Source: Azolla caroliniana (Eukaryota; Plantae; Polypodiophyta). Taken from it: a stretch of DNA of 64,000 nucleotides. A model generated the notes under the pieces. It searched no databases. It saw nothing but the letters and a program-made list of their open reading frames with translations, and had not been told where the DNA came from. Each line of letters begins with the position of its first letter. The stretch's first letter is position 1. Below are positions 42,215 to 53,897 of the stretch, piece by piece. The translations under genes were made by a program, and so were the position numbers. The DNA is taken from contig JBHGNT010000002.1 of the NCBI GenBank assembly GCA_043228905.1, positions 2,108,001-2,172,000 on the forward strand, read 5' to 3'.

Positions 42215-44159
42215 CTCCGAGGTTGGGGAGATTAGAAGAAGCAAGTCGGCATGGGTGTGGCAGAAGAAGAAGCACTGTCTGTCTATCTGTGGAATCAAAA
42301 AGGAGTCGTATCGATCAATTCATGGAGATCTTGCTTGTGCAGGAAGGAGATTACAGATATATATATAGACAATTCGCGGAGATCTTGCTTGGGCCGGAAA
42401 ACCCCTTCCCACCGGCAAGACAGACGATCCCTGCTTTTGCGTTTGCGTTTGCTTTTGCTTTCGTGCCTGCTTTGGCTGTTGCATCATAGTATGAACCATA
42501 CGTACCATACGTGCATTCGCATTCGCGTCAGAAAAAACGCCCTCAACGAACGAATGATAAATACCATACTTTTGGATTAACTATTTATTATGAGGTAAAT
42601 AAGCCTAAAAAATGAAAAAAGAACACACATGAATGTTTGAATAACATCCAACGTATGGAAACGAATGTTATGCTAGACGAACACGAATTTTACGTACTCA
42701 ACTAACTTGCTTTCTGTCTTCACCTTTGCTTTTGCTTTTGCTTTTGCTTTCCTATCAAACGTATGGCCTCCCTATTCCTGACTTCAGTCAGGCCTCCTCT
42801 AATAGATGATTGATTTATGCCTTCTTCTTCTATTCCCTGGCATCGTGAGGATGCTTCGTGGATTGCCACGATGAACATGTGAACGTTTCACAATGTTAGA
42901 TATTGTCCCCAGCTTTTTGTTGGGTGTGAACTTGGACACATTGTTGACCTTTGGTTCACAAGGTTGTAACGATATATGATTAAATTCTCTTGGACTCCTT
43001 GTATTTATTTCACATCATCTGGTTTGAATCCAAATAGTCACAAATCACATCTATTACTTGCATGCCTTTTTTTGACTAATTCTATTTCTAGAAATTCATT
43101 ATCATATCCTCCATGATCAGCATGATTCGATCTTTCCACTTCTACGAAGTAACTCAAATTCTGCAATGCTTGGTATGTGTGAGGAATATGATCCAAGTAT
43201 GTTGCCTTCCTTGCGTGTCGCAACACGTTTACATTCCATCCTAATTGTCATTAAGTCTTGCTTTCTCAGCTTCTCAAATCATTGTTATTACATCTGAGCA
43301 AGGTTTTATGTTGTGTTGCACATGTAAAATTTTAGGGGAAACTATGCAAAAAAAGAAACGACGTGGCATTCGATGCAATCCTATACCACCTTTTGTTTCA
43401 TCAATAAAAAGAATGTTGAATCGTGTGTTGCCTAAGCCACATGAGAATTTCAATCACAATCTACCTTTGTTTGAATGTGTTGGCGAATTTTTGTACTATT
43501 TATTTCAAAGCAAAGAGGGACATTAAACCACTCTTCATGATATACTATAATTCCCATGCATTGGTGTGCTGGTCAAGGTAATTCTAAAATACAAGTGTAC
43601 GAAAGCCTAGGGTCATTATGTAGCCCCATGTGTGACACTTAGGAAAAAGCTAGGGCATCAAGGCAAAGGCGTATTTATATATTGAATGCCATGTTGATGT
43701 ATGGTCCAAACTACATATTTACAATTACTGGTATTTACACTTTCTAGAATTTGTATGGTGTTTAATGCATTGAACACCTACTAAAATGTGTAATGTACAT
43801 ACTACACTACACAAGAAAAACATGCACACCATTGGTTTAAGTGTGATGCATGTCCTACACACCTTGCTCTCCTTTCCATCATCACGACTCACAAATGGCA
43901 ATGTGCGCAAATCTCTTTGCCACCTTTTCACTCCTACAACATCCATGTATAATGTTTCGTGTGGACAAATTTCTTTGTCCCTTTTCACCCACATAATATA
44001 TATATATTCCAAAAGAAGAATATACTCCATTAGTTAAAATGACATACAATACACAACTTTAGACATTACCTACTTCCATATGGACTACATCACTTATTTA
44101 TCTTACACTAAATAGCCCACATATTTGTTCTCCATGTTTGTTGTGTCATTCATGCCCCT

Positions 44160-44516
44160 CTATCATCTAATGGGAAGGGGGAACAACCATCTCGGTACTA
44201 CGTACTGCCATCATATATCCACTCCAATTTCTATAGCCATCGGTGTAGTACACCATCGTTTTCTGAATTTCAACCTTATTAAATCTAAAGCATCATCTGT
44301 TCCATCAATCCGCTCATATTGGGCCCTCAATGTAGTTATTAGCATGTGCCATATTAGCTTAATAGATTCTGCTGGAGGCCGTTTGTTTGCTGAAAATACC
44401 CTGGTACATATTGCGGTCCAAATGTTCCACATGATAATGGGTGCTAGCAACATCCATAGATCTACAATTTTCAGCTTCTGGGCATTACTTCTAGGTGCAC
44501 TGTTACCAGCGATCAC
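44160..44516 (-). mobile_element. L1-like LINE 3'-end fragment, same family as 21435-24830
   Basis: LWMLLAPIIMWNIWTAICTRVFSANKRPPAESIKLIWHMLITTLRAQYERIDGTDD..RLKFRKRWCTT is nearly identical to 24600-24815. Confidence 0.85.
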
Positions 44517-45539
44517 ATAATATTCATATATAAGGTTTCACACGTGGACATATTTATTTCAAGTAGTTGCTATCAAATCAAATCTTGGATTATTAAGTGA
44601 ACCCATCTTAAGCCACTTGCCCATGTATACAAACCACCTTGTTCCCATGTGAGCTCTACTTAATTGACGATATTTGATAACCATGAATATGTGCGTGGAT
44701 TCGAATTTAATTTGGGCAAAATTCTAACATCATGACAAAGTAGGGTTGCAACTTGCATTATTATCCTAGAATGGGAAACTTTAAATAAGGCATGCACGTT
44801 TTAGGAAGTCCTCACCCTTACGGAAAGCCCACATGTGAATTCGTGTATACTTTTGCATAAAATGGCAAATCCATTTGAAAAAATTCATGTTCATTGAATT
44901 TCAACACATACTTTCTTACGGTCAAAGTTGAAAATTATTGTAAAAAGGAGAATCTTATTATCTTTAATGAAAAAAAAGGCACAAATCAAACGACATTGGA
45001 AGCAATCCATACATAATGAATAACTTAAATTTTCAGTACTAATATTAATTAGAACCCATCCATATATTATATAATATATTAATATTCAATGATGAGAAAA
45101 TTACCAGGGAGGATAATTGTTGCCCAAGTTCACATCCTACTTCCACGCCAATGGGTGAGACATGCCATTATATATACATATTGAGGATAGAAATTGGGAT
45201 ATTTGTCAAGCTCTACGACAATTTTGGGAATATGGCCTTTATGCTAGATCAAACAATTGCACTTTCAACAACTAAGCAGAGTTTCTAGAATATGTGGTTT
45301 CACCCGAAAGTATTTATATGAATCTAGAAAAAGTTCAAACTATTTTAGCCCAGTAGACACCATGTTTAATGTAGTATGTGACATGTGCAATGGTTCTTGG
45401 AATTTACAAATTTCTACAATAAGTTCATCGAGAATTATTTAAAACTCATAATTTCTCTCACATAACTTGCATAAAATATTGTTTACATGGACTTCACATG
45501 CAATCAAGATGTTCGCAAAATTAAAACAAGAATGTACAT

Positions 45540-45775
45540 GTGCTCCCATTTTGGTGCATGTTGACGAAGCCAATCCCCTTATCATGGAAGTTCATGCATT
45601 TGATCTTGCAATTGGAAGTGTCTTGTTGCATTACCAAGGACAATAGGTAATTGCATCCAATCATCTTCCACTCATGAAAATGTGAAACTATAGAAATCAA
45701 TAACGGGATCCATGAAAAGGAATCTCAAGCCATTGTGGATACATTTGAGGAATGATGCCATATCTTGGATGGTGG
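45540..45775 (+). mobile_element. Ty3/gypsy RNase H relic
   Basis: PLIMEVHAFDLAIGSVL ... LHPIIFHS*K...INNGIHEKESQAIVDTFEE*CHILDG resembles the gypsy consensus PF.LETDASD.A.GAVL..LHPVAF.SRK...NY.IHDKELLAIVDAFEEWRH.LEG. Confidence 0.65.
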
Positions 45776-47330
45776 TTGTAGTGTCTTCCAATGTTCTCAT
45801 TAGATACTACTTCTTACTTGATTCTTCTTCTTGGGAACCACCTCGAGGCCAGTATGTGGAAATGTATCATTGTCCACCCGTTTGTTAGTGAGATGAGACA
45901 AAATGGGTGTCAACCACTCTCGAGCTTCTAACATATAAGCTAACTATTAAACTCTAATCTCACTCTACAACCTAATCACACTCACATGATAACCTAACTA
46001 TCACTTAATCACAATATGACTTTACCACATTTTGACATGCTAGATATTACTCTCCTCCCTAAGAAATTTACCCATACGAGAGAGGGAGGAAACTTTATGT
46101 TCCCACAATACCCTCAAGTTCCAACCAACCTTTTTTCCCCTACAAACGTAAACATAGACCCACACATAAATACCTACAATAGACTATCACTTGTGTACTT
46201 GCACAACACGCTCATATACACATTACCTTTTGCAAATTACAATTGCATTTCCACATATATGCTTACTCACACATTCAATTCCGTGCACATAGATGAGCAT
46301 ATATACAAATATAATCATAGACAAAAACACTTATTTATACCATTGCATACACATGAGTGTGCACATTGCACACACACACATACCATGTACATTATTTACT
46401 TTCATGTGAAAGTGACCACACACATCTATAACAAAACACATACTAACTACCACACACATGCACATAGACACTCTCATATGTACATTTAACATAGAGAAAA
46501 TAAGGGAGTTACTTGTGAGAGGAGATGAGGGGTTCATGAAGTTAGCATTAACACTAGAAGGTGCCTTGGGTGGAAGGGATGATATTGCATCTTTGGCATT
46601 GTTGACAGAAATCAAAGCTCAATTGAGGAAGAACCAGCTACCAACTATTATTAATTTTTCTCTCCGTTTTTGTGATTGTTTACATCACGATTAGTACATC
46701 CTATTTCCAAATTACTAGCATTTTTGTTTTACTATTTCTTTCTCTTGTCAATTAATCACCTATAGTGATTAATCATTTGATTACCATTAAGCACCACCTT
46801 AACTATTGATTATAACTAATCGACTGTAATGTGTCACAATTATTTTCTCTTCCCACGACAATCTAATATTAGGCCAAATAATACATGAACCATTAATGAG
46901 AGTCCATTGAAGCTCTTTATGGTAGGCATAACCAATCACACCCAACCTACACACTTTGTTTATACTAAGCTATCATGCAAAGCTCAAAAAACACTCCTCA
47001 TTGTGGACAAAACGTCAACACCTCCCATGGCAATGAATAGTTGTGTTCAGAAACTCACAAAATCATATCATGGTGAGCAGTTGTGTTGAGAACCTCAACA
47101 AACCCCATTGTGTGGAGTTATGGAGAGAGTTGAAAGCTATTGTAGTGAAAAAAACGAAAGAGATTCTAGCTGACATGTCTGCTAACATATTCATTGAATG
47201 GTTTGGGTTTCAGGCTCATAAGATCCTCGATAAGCACGCAACGTGCATCTCTTATACAACCCAACCTCAAAAAGACCAATGAAGGTCTTGGCGGATGACC
47301 TATTAACAAGAATTGGTGAAGGGAATAAAC

Positions 47331-47615
47331 CTCGTATTATCTAGATAATCGGCTTTGTGATGAGTGTAGTTGACATAATGATGAGGTGTTGTCGCATTGA
47401 ACAAAAATAGATAACAATATCTATCATGTGTACATGATGAGGAATGATGCTCACAACCATAGAGGATCCTCGGCCCTAGAAGGGGAGAAGCCTTGTATTA
47501 TCTAGATAATGAACTCTATGATGAGGGTAGTTGACATAATGACGAGGTATTGTCAAATTAAACAAAAATAGATAACAATATCTATCATGTGCACATAATG
47601 AGAAATGATGCTCAC
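47331..47615. repeat. Tandem duplication (~161-bp period) rich in short palindromes
   Basis: Copies at ~47331-47454 and ~47492-47615. Each begins with the palindrome ATTATCTAGATAAT and contains ATAGATA-acaa-TATCTAT. Confidence 0.8.
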
Positions 47616-48973
47616 GAGTCACGCCCATACAATATCGTTGGCCCTATGCATAGGTTTGAGATCAATTATTTTAATTGTTCAAGGTCCCCACATGCTCAGT
47701 GAATGCCCAAAAACAAGCCTAACTTATAGCTCAAAACTTAAGAGTGCCACAAGCAAGGTACTCAAGTCTCAAACTGCGTATAATTAAAAATCTATTCTAT
47801 TCCACTATAAGGTCTTCCACAATCGCTCTCCCAATACTTATATTGGGACTACTTTCCTATTGGTAGGCCATATATTTATGAACTCATGCATCGGGGTTCA
47901 AATGTCACTAATAACCCTGCCTAATCTATTGGGATTAAACAACTTCATGGTCTTCACTTGACACGCTTTAGATTACCAAGACTGACTTTCGCTTAAAGGA
48001 AGCTACGAGATAATTATATCAATGAAAATGCAGTGGCCATCTGTTACTTTTAAGTTTCAAAGACCAATGCCAAAATTTAGCCATTTCCAAATTAAACTAA
48101 ATCGAAACTATATGATAACTCAATGGAGAGGAGAGGGAGGGCATGATCAAATTTAAGGGAATTTTATTGGTCTATGAATCACCCAGATCCACATACATAA
48201 ACGAGCATTGAAATGTGTTTTTATTTCAGCAACTTCATTGAAATACAAAACTAGGAAGTTCCACTATAGCTTCAAAGCAAGTCTCTCGATTTCATCAATA
48301 GTAACCAATTACAAAATCTTGATAATTCAATCCATATTCACATCCTTACCAAGTTTCAAATCAAACTCGAGATGCTGCAAAGAAAGCATCATGCAAAGAA
48401 AACCTCGTTTTCCAAAGATCTAATATTATTTAACTGTAACGAAAAGCCATGGTAGAAACACTACTTTACAAGTTCAAAGGTACTCACTAGTTAATTTACA
48501 TGGAAGTGGGAGGGGATAACCTAAGGGTCTCCTATATGTAGATTAAGGTATAAGGTTTAGACATCACCCAAGAGTAAGTCATCTCTAGGAAGAGGCCTCG
48601 TGCTTGGCATAGATATGGAGAATACATACCAGATTAATTTGCTAAAAAAGGTAGGGTATGACACAGATATACAGATAGAGTATGTAGTTTTTTTTATATG
48701 TGCCTTCGTTCCTTTTTTCAGAAGTGGTCACGTGAACCTACAAGTGTTTTGCTCCTTGCTAATATTTGTAGTATTTACAACATAAAATAATGATTTATCC
48801 AACTCTATTGATGGCCAGAGAAGACCAATGGCAACTCTATGGGATGGACTACCCCATGGCAAGGATCGAATTTGGTTTCTCTCAACTTTTTTGATGCTAT
48901 GCTGTAAGAGAGTGAGAGAGAGGGAAAGAGGAAAAGGGAAGAGAAACTGCACCGCATCATGTTTATTTGCAAA

Positions 48974-51900
48974 TTAACCGGCATATCCCTGCCCTGCATA
49001 CATATCATTTGGAAAGTCGCCCCTCGTTTGATCTTCATACGAGTCTTCTGCATTGAAAGATACCTGTCACAAGCCAATGTAGAACATGTTAAATATATGT
49101 GACCAGAAATCCTTCTTCATATTGAAAGATAGTAAACATAAGCAAAGACTTCATGTCACAAGTATGTATGAATCATAACAAGAAAATATACATTTTGCTC
49201 TAGATATATGAGCATACATATACACACTCGTACGCATACATGGGGATGTATTCGAGATGTACTCACATTTGACATTCTTGCATTTGCAATGGGGGCTACA
49301 TTCTTCTCGAACCGGTTACTAGGCCTTCTAATCTCTGGCTGAGGAAGCGGAGGTAAAGGTTGCTCAAGGATAAGTCCCATGTTTCCTTGGCCAGAAGGCA
49401 ACGAGGGCTTATTCGCACCAGGAGGGAACTGTGAGGACGAAGGTCCACCCATTACAACACCAAATGAATTTGTATCACTTCTTCCATAAACAGACCTTTT
49501 CGGTGCATAGGAAGATGAAGCATTGTTATACGAGCTGCTGTTGGGCACATCCTTATATTTATCATCTCTCCCCATTGGCTGGACAACAGGTTTACTAACT
49601 CCAGGCCGGCTCATATAGTTTCCACTGTATTCTTCACGGCCATCCATTGACTCAAGCTGTGATGTTTGCATGTTAGGCTGTTGTGGCATCATCCTTCCTA
49701 TGTTTTTTCCACCTTGTTGTCCACCATAAAGCTGCATATTGCCAATGGATGCGGCCATGTCATCTAATGCACTATCCAAGCATTGTAAGGGCACAGATCT
49801 TCGCCTCATGTTCGCATTCTTCATCTTAAAAAACTGATCGTCAGACATTGAAGCCTCTCCTTGGCCTCCATGTCCCCCCCCTATAATGTCACGTTGGCCA
49901 GGGCGATTCTGGAAATCTGCTAATTGCGACTGTCCATAATCGTTGGATCGATTCTGCTCATAATTACCACGTTGTTGGGGTTGCTGTCTTGTACGACCTG
50001 TGTTGTATTGACCATCCATCTCGTCTCGCATAGGCATTCGCCCTTGTTGTCTGCGATCATCATCAACATATCTTGGCATTCTTTGATCACTGCCCATTCG
50101 TTCATCGTGAAAATAGGGATCATCTACTCTCGACCTATAATTGCTGTTGTTGCCACCAGCTATCCTCAGTCTTTCTGGGGGATTCCGACCTCCACCTCGA
50201 TTTGAATATTGATCATTGTTGTCATAATAGCCATCAGATTCATCAGAATATACAATCTTCTCCCCTCTAGCTGACGCTTCAATGACCTTCACCCAATGTG
50301 AGAAATCTTCCTGTATTATTCCACTTCAAAACAATCAACAACAACAACAAATAACCAGCACAACAAATATTATCCTTGTTTCACAATCTGATAATGACTC
50401 TACCATGGAAGTTGGAGTGCTGAAAACGAAATCTTTAGTATTGGGCACTAAAATCTCGAGCTCCAAACTTTTGCGTGAGATCTGCCATGAAGAAGATAAG
50501 GATGGCCCATGAATTCTCTGGAGACCTTCCAATCGAGAGAATATTCTGTTATAATACTAAAATTCAATACCTGCACTCTAGCTCCGACGAGTGTGGTAAC
50601 ATATCGGACATGTTTACCAACAATATCTGAGGTCTGTGCTACATGAATTTCTAGCATAATGTATTAGGTAAAGACTTCTCATGCTTGAACGAGGTCATAA
50701 TGACTATCATACCATGAACATTAGAAGCTTCCCAGGAACCACAACAATATATCGTTCATCCTTCTTATATGCTGTTTTTGCTTTCCGAAGCACCATACCA
50801 TGTTTCATAACAAATTTATCCTTCCCATGGAATAATGGGTGTTAGAATTATGTAGAAAAAAAATGGAGACAGAATCAGAGAGGTTTATCCACTTACCACT
50901 CCAAATATACCTTTCCTCTTGCCAAGTTCACAAACATCTTCTGGGGTTGCATTCCTTCCGATACACTGGAAACTATCACTACCTCATCACCAGCCCAGAA
51001 ATAACGTGGTTTTTTTGAGGAAAATAGGATGCTCTAACAAATGCAGTGTTTCACCTCTAACAGATGCAATAATGCTCGCTTCTCCTCCACATTCTGAACC
51101 ATTATCTCCCATTGCTCACTCCTGTTAAACACAATAATGCCCTGCAGATTTATTATCTTTGCTTTGATAAAGAGCAAGGCATACTAAATCTTTGCTGTGA
51201 ACAATCAATCTGCTCAAGCACAGGAGTTACTAAGCTAGCATTTTTAGCTCAATGATAAATCTTACTAATGTTCCTTGTAATAAAAATCCACTTTCACGCT
51301 GTATTCTTCATACTTACTCAAATCGGATAGAAAGCAGTGTATCATCATCTGAATCTCCCCCACTCCTAACAGTTCTTCTATAATTTGGGAAGGTATTGGA
51401 CTGCAGTATATTCAAGTTGAAAAGCAAGATCAATATGCTAGTTCATATCACCGTGCATATGCTCTAAATCAGCGCCAACTGCAACTCGGCTCAAGTGATG
51501 AGCACATGTATCATATGATATCGAGTTGAATGGGAGTAATGCATAGGCTTATAATTGTTTTTTAGAGATATGGAGGCAGTGATAGAGCCCTTGAAATTTA
51601 TTCTCAAGGGTAATCATGCCACCAAGAGAAGGTCTCAATAACCTCTTCAAAATAGATCAGATCATTTCTTATTCGAAAAGAACAAAAACAACTGGCCAAC
51701 AATAACCATGATTTAAGAGCCCAATTTAATAGGCTCCAAGTCGAAAAACTAGATGAATACCCTCCACTAAACAGTTTTCATCCTGCCGGTGCAGATGCAT
51801 AACATAACCAAGGGGTAACAGAACTAAGCATCTGCACCTCTTCAAAGTAGATCAAACCTTTTCTTATTCGAAAAGAACAAAAACAACTGGGCAATAATAA

Positions 51901-52843
51901 CCATGATTTAACTGTCCAATTTAGTAGACTCCAAGTCAAAAAATTAGATGAGTACCCCCAAATTAACCAGAATGAGCAATGTTATACAGAAATCAATTCT
52001 CAAACAATACTCATGATCCAAGGGTTCCTAGTTTTACTCACAACTACAATTCGATCTTTGTCCTGCAGAAATATGGTTTCCATCACAAAGTCAAATTCAA
52101 GGATGGCTCTATTCCATTCACCTTTCTGCAAGAAACCACACCATTCCATACGAAAATTTAAAACCGAATGTCAAGAGTATCTCCTTCAATTTTAAGATGG
52201 GGGTCTTCAAACGAAAGCAGAAGAAAGAGATACATGTAGGATTGCACATATATATCCATATGATGAATCGTGTGTGATCGATATTATCGAATGTATGAAG
52301 TTACTTGGAAGTGCGATATATAATTACATAATCTGTTACATGAACCTTGGAAAATGCATTTAATTTTTTTTTGGATGGATCGCAGTATATGGGGGCCTTA
52401 CGTTGTCACAAACGGTGATGGGCTTACATTATCACAAACGGTGAAAGGTAGGGTTAGTTCTCTTCCGTATGAATGAATCACTGGAAACAACAAGAAAGTT
52501 GGATAACATATTACGTGTAATTCATCATATATATGTATATATTCACAGATAATGCTGGCAGTGACCACAATGGATGGATACACAGCATTTTGTGAGAAGT
52601 ATCATATGCAATTGATTCCTCAACAAACAGCTTTTGATCAGAGAGGGTAAATGCAATTCATCATCATCATATGCATAAAAAGCATTCAATTAAAAAGAGA
52701 ACGCGTAATTCAACATAATAGCATCAATAAACGGCATTTTATCAAAAGACGAGGGTTTTGCAGATACTTGCTTTTTTGGCAAGACTGGTGGCAAAGCCGA
52801 GAAATCCAAAAGTACCCTGGTTAGAATAACCTCGACTGTCCAT
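48974..52843 (-). CDS. Uncharacterised ~588-aa protein with two predicted PH-like domains and a long G/N/Q/R/P-rich disordered C-terminus
   Basis: 11 GT-AG exons, all phase-compatible, 1767 nt in total: 52816-52843, 52428-52480, 52042-52125, 51318-51400, 51055-51121, 50897-50965, 50713-50820, 50571-50633, 50404-50481, 49267-50310, 48974-49063. The second domain, VMKHGMVLRKAKTAYKKDERYIVVVPGKLLMF...VTTLVGARVQ...KDFVFSTPTSMEDFSHWVKVIEAS, follows the PH pattern with the conserved Trp in the terminal helix. Confidence 0.72.
51642..51956. repeat. Intronic tandem duplication (two ~120-bp copies, ~195-bp period)
   Basis: cctcttcaaa(a/g)tagatca..tttcttattcgaaaagaacaaaaa..caactgg..aataaccatgatttaa..ctccaagtc..tagatga.tacc occurs at ~51642 and ~51837. 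Confidence 0.8.
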
Positions 52844-52920
52844 GTGATTAGAATAAGCCACCTGAAAAGAGAAGAGATGGGCATATGAGAGCCGTGGCGA
52901 TGAAGAAGAAGAAGCCATCA

Positions 52921-52925
<5 letters not shown>

Positions 52926-52970
<45 letters not shown>
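52926..52970. repeat. (CT)n microsatellite upstream of the PH-protein ATG
   Basis: Seen directly. Compound (TACA)n/(TA)n/(GA)n tracts also occur at ~53358-53520. Confidence 0.9.
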
Positions 52971-52971
<1 letters not shown>

Positions 52972-53051
52972 AACGGAAATCAGTCAATGAAACAAGAAAA
53001 AACTATAAATATCTGTGTTCTGTCTGTCAACTGTCGAGGGTTGCTTTCGTT

Positions 53052-53291
53052 TTTTAGGGTTTCTCTTATAGTTTTACGTTTCTCTTGTCGTTTGGGGTTT
53101 CTCCTGTTTTTAAGGGTTTTTCTTGTCTTCCAGGTTTTCTCTTGTCTTGTCTTTTAGGGTTACTCTTCGTCTTTTAGGGTTCTCTAGAATGACAGACTCT
53201 GTGAGTTTAAGGATTCCTGTGTCTCGAAAGGCTTCCGTGTATTGATTTTAGGGTTTCGCGTGTTTATGAGTGCAGTTTGTCATTAGGGTTT
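53052..53291 (-). promoter_or_regulatory. Cluster of telo-box-like TAGGGTT(T) motifs 5' of the PH-protein gene
   Basis: ttagggtt at ~53054, 53154, 53174, 53248 and 53283, plus a taagggtttt variant at 53111. Confidence 0.4.
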
Positions 53292-53481
53292 GGCCATGGT
53301 CGGATCCTTAGTTCCCGGTGCAGAAAATGAATGCCAAGCATCACGACGGTGCAGCCACATACATACATACATACATACATGATACATACATACATATGTA
53401 TATGTAATGTATATGTATATTATATATATAGACATTATACATATAGAGATACACACATATACATATATATGCATATATATG

Positions 53482-53522
<41 letters not shown>

Positions 53523-53615
53523 CAAATACTAGATGAAAAGTTTTAAATGTTTCCGAGTAGTACTCCATACCCTGCCCCACTAAGAATCGACATACGGTTC
53601 GGTTTCGGCTTAAAT

Positions 53616-53897
53616 GGTTTGGTTTGGACAAGGCCAAACCGGTTAAGCCGGTTTGGGAGTTTTCAAGCCTAAACTGAACCGATCACTAAACCAATTTGTC
53701 AAGGGTCGAGTTGGATTGAACTGAGCTCAAACCAATTAAGGAAGCTCAAGCTTGAACCGGTTTGGTTTGGACAAGGCCAAACCGGTTAAGCCGGTTTGGG
53801 AGTTTTCAAGCCTGAACCGATCATTAAACCAATTTGTCACGGCCCGAGTTGGATTGAGCTAAGCTCAAACCAATTAAGGAAGCTCAAGCTTGAACCG
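53616..53897. repeat. Tandem repeat, two copies of ~143 bp, rich in AAACCG/GGTTT and GAGCT motifs
   Basis: Copy 1 at 53616-53758 and copy 2 at 53759-53897 are highly similar, with a 4-bp indel. Confidence 0.9.

Noticed and set aside
47358-47615. TGATGA motifs suggesting a C/D-box snoRNA cluster
   Set aside because: No CTGA D boxes or terminal stems at suitable spacing, and no recognisable rRNA-antisense guide.
53052-53291. Interstitial telomere array
   Set aside because: The TTTAGGG motifs are isolated rather than tandem, so they were treated as telo-box-like motifs instead.
53616-53897. Possible CRISPR-like repeat array
   Set aside because: The context is eukaryotic, there are only two long copies with no unique spacers, and there are no cas genes.
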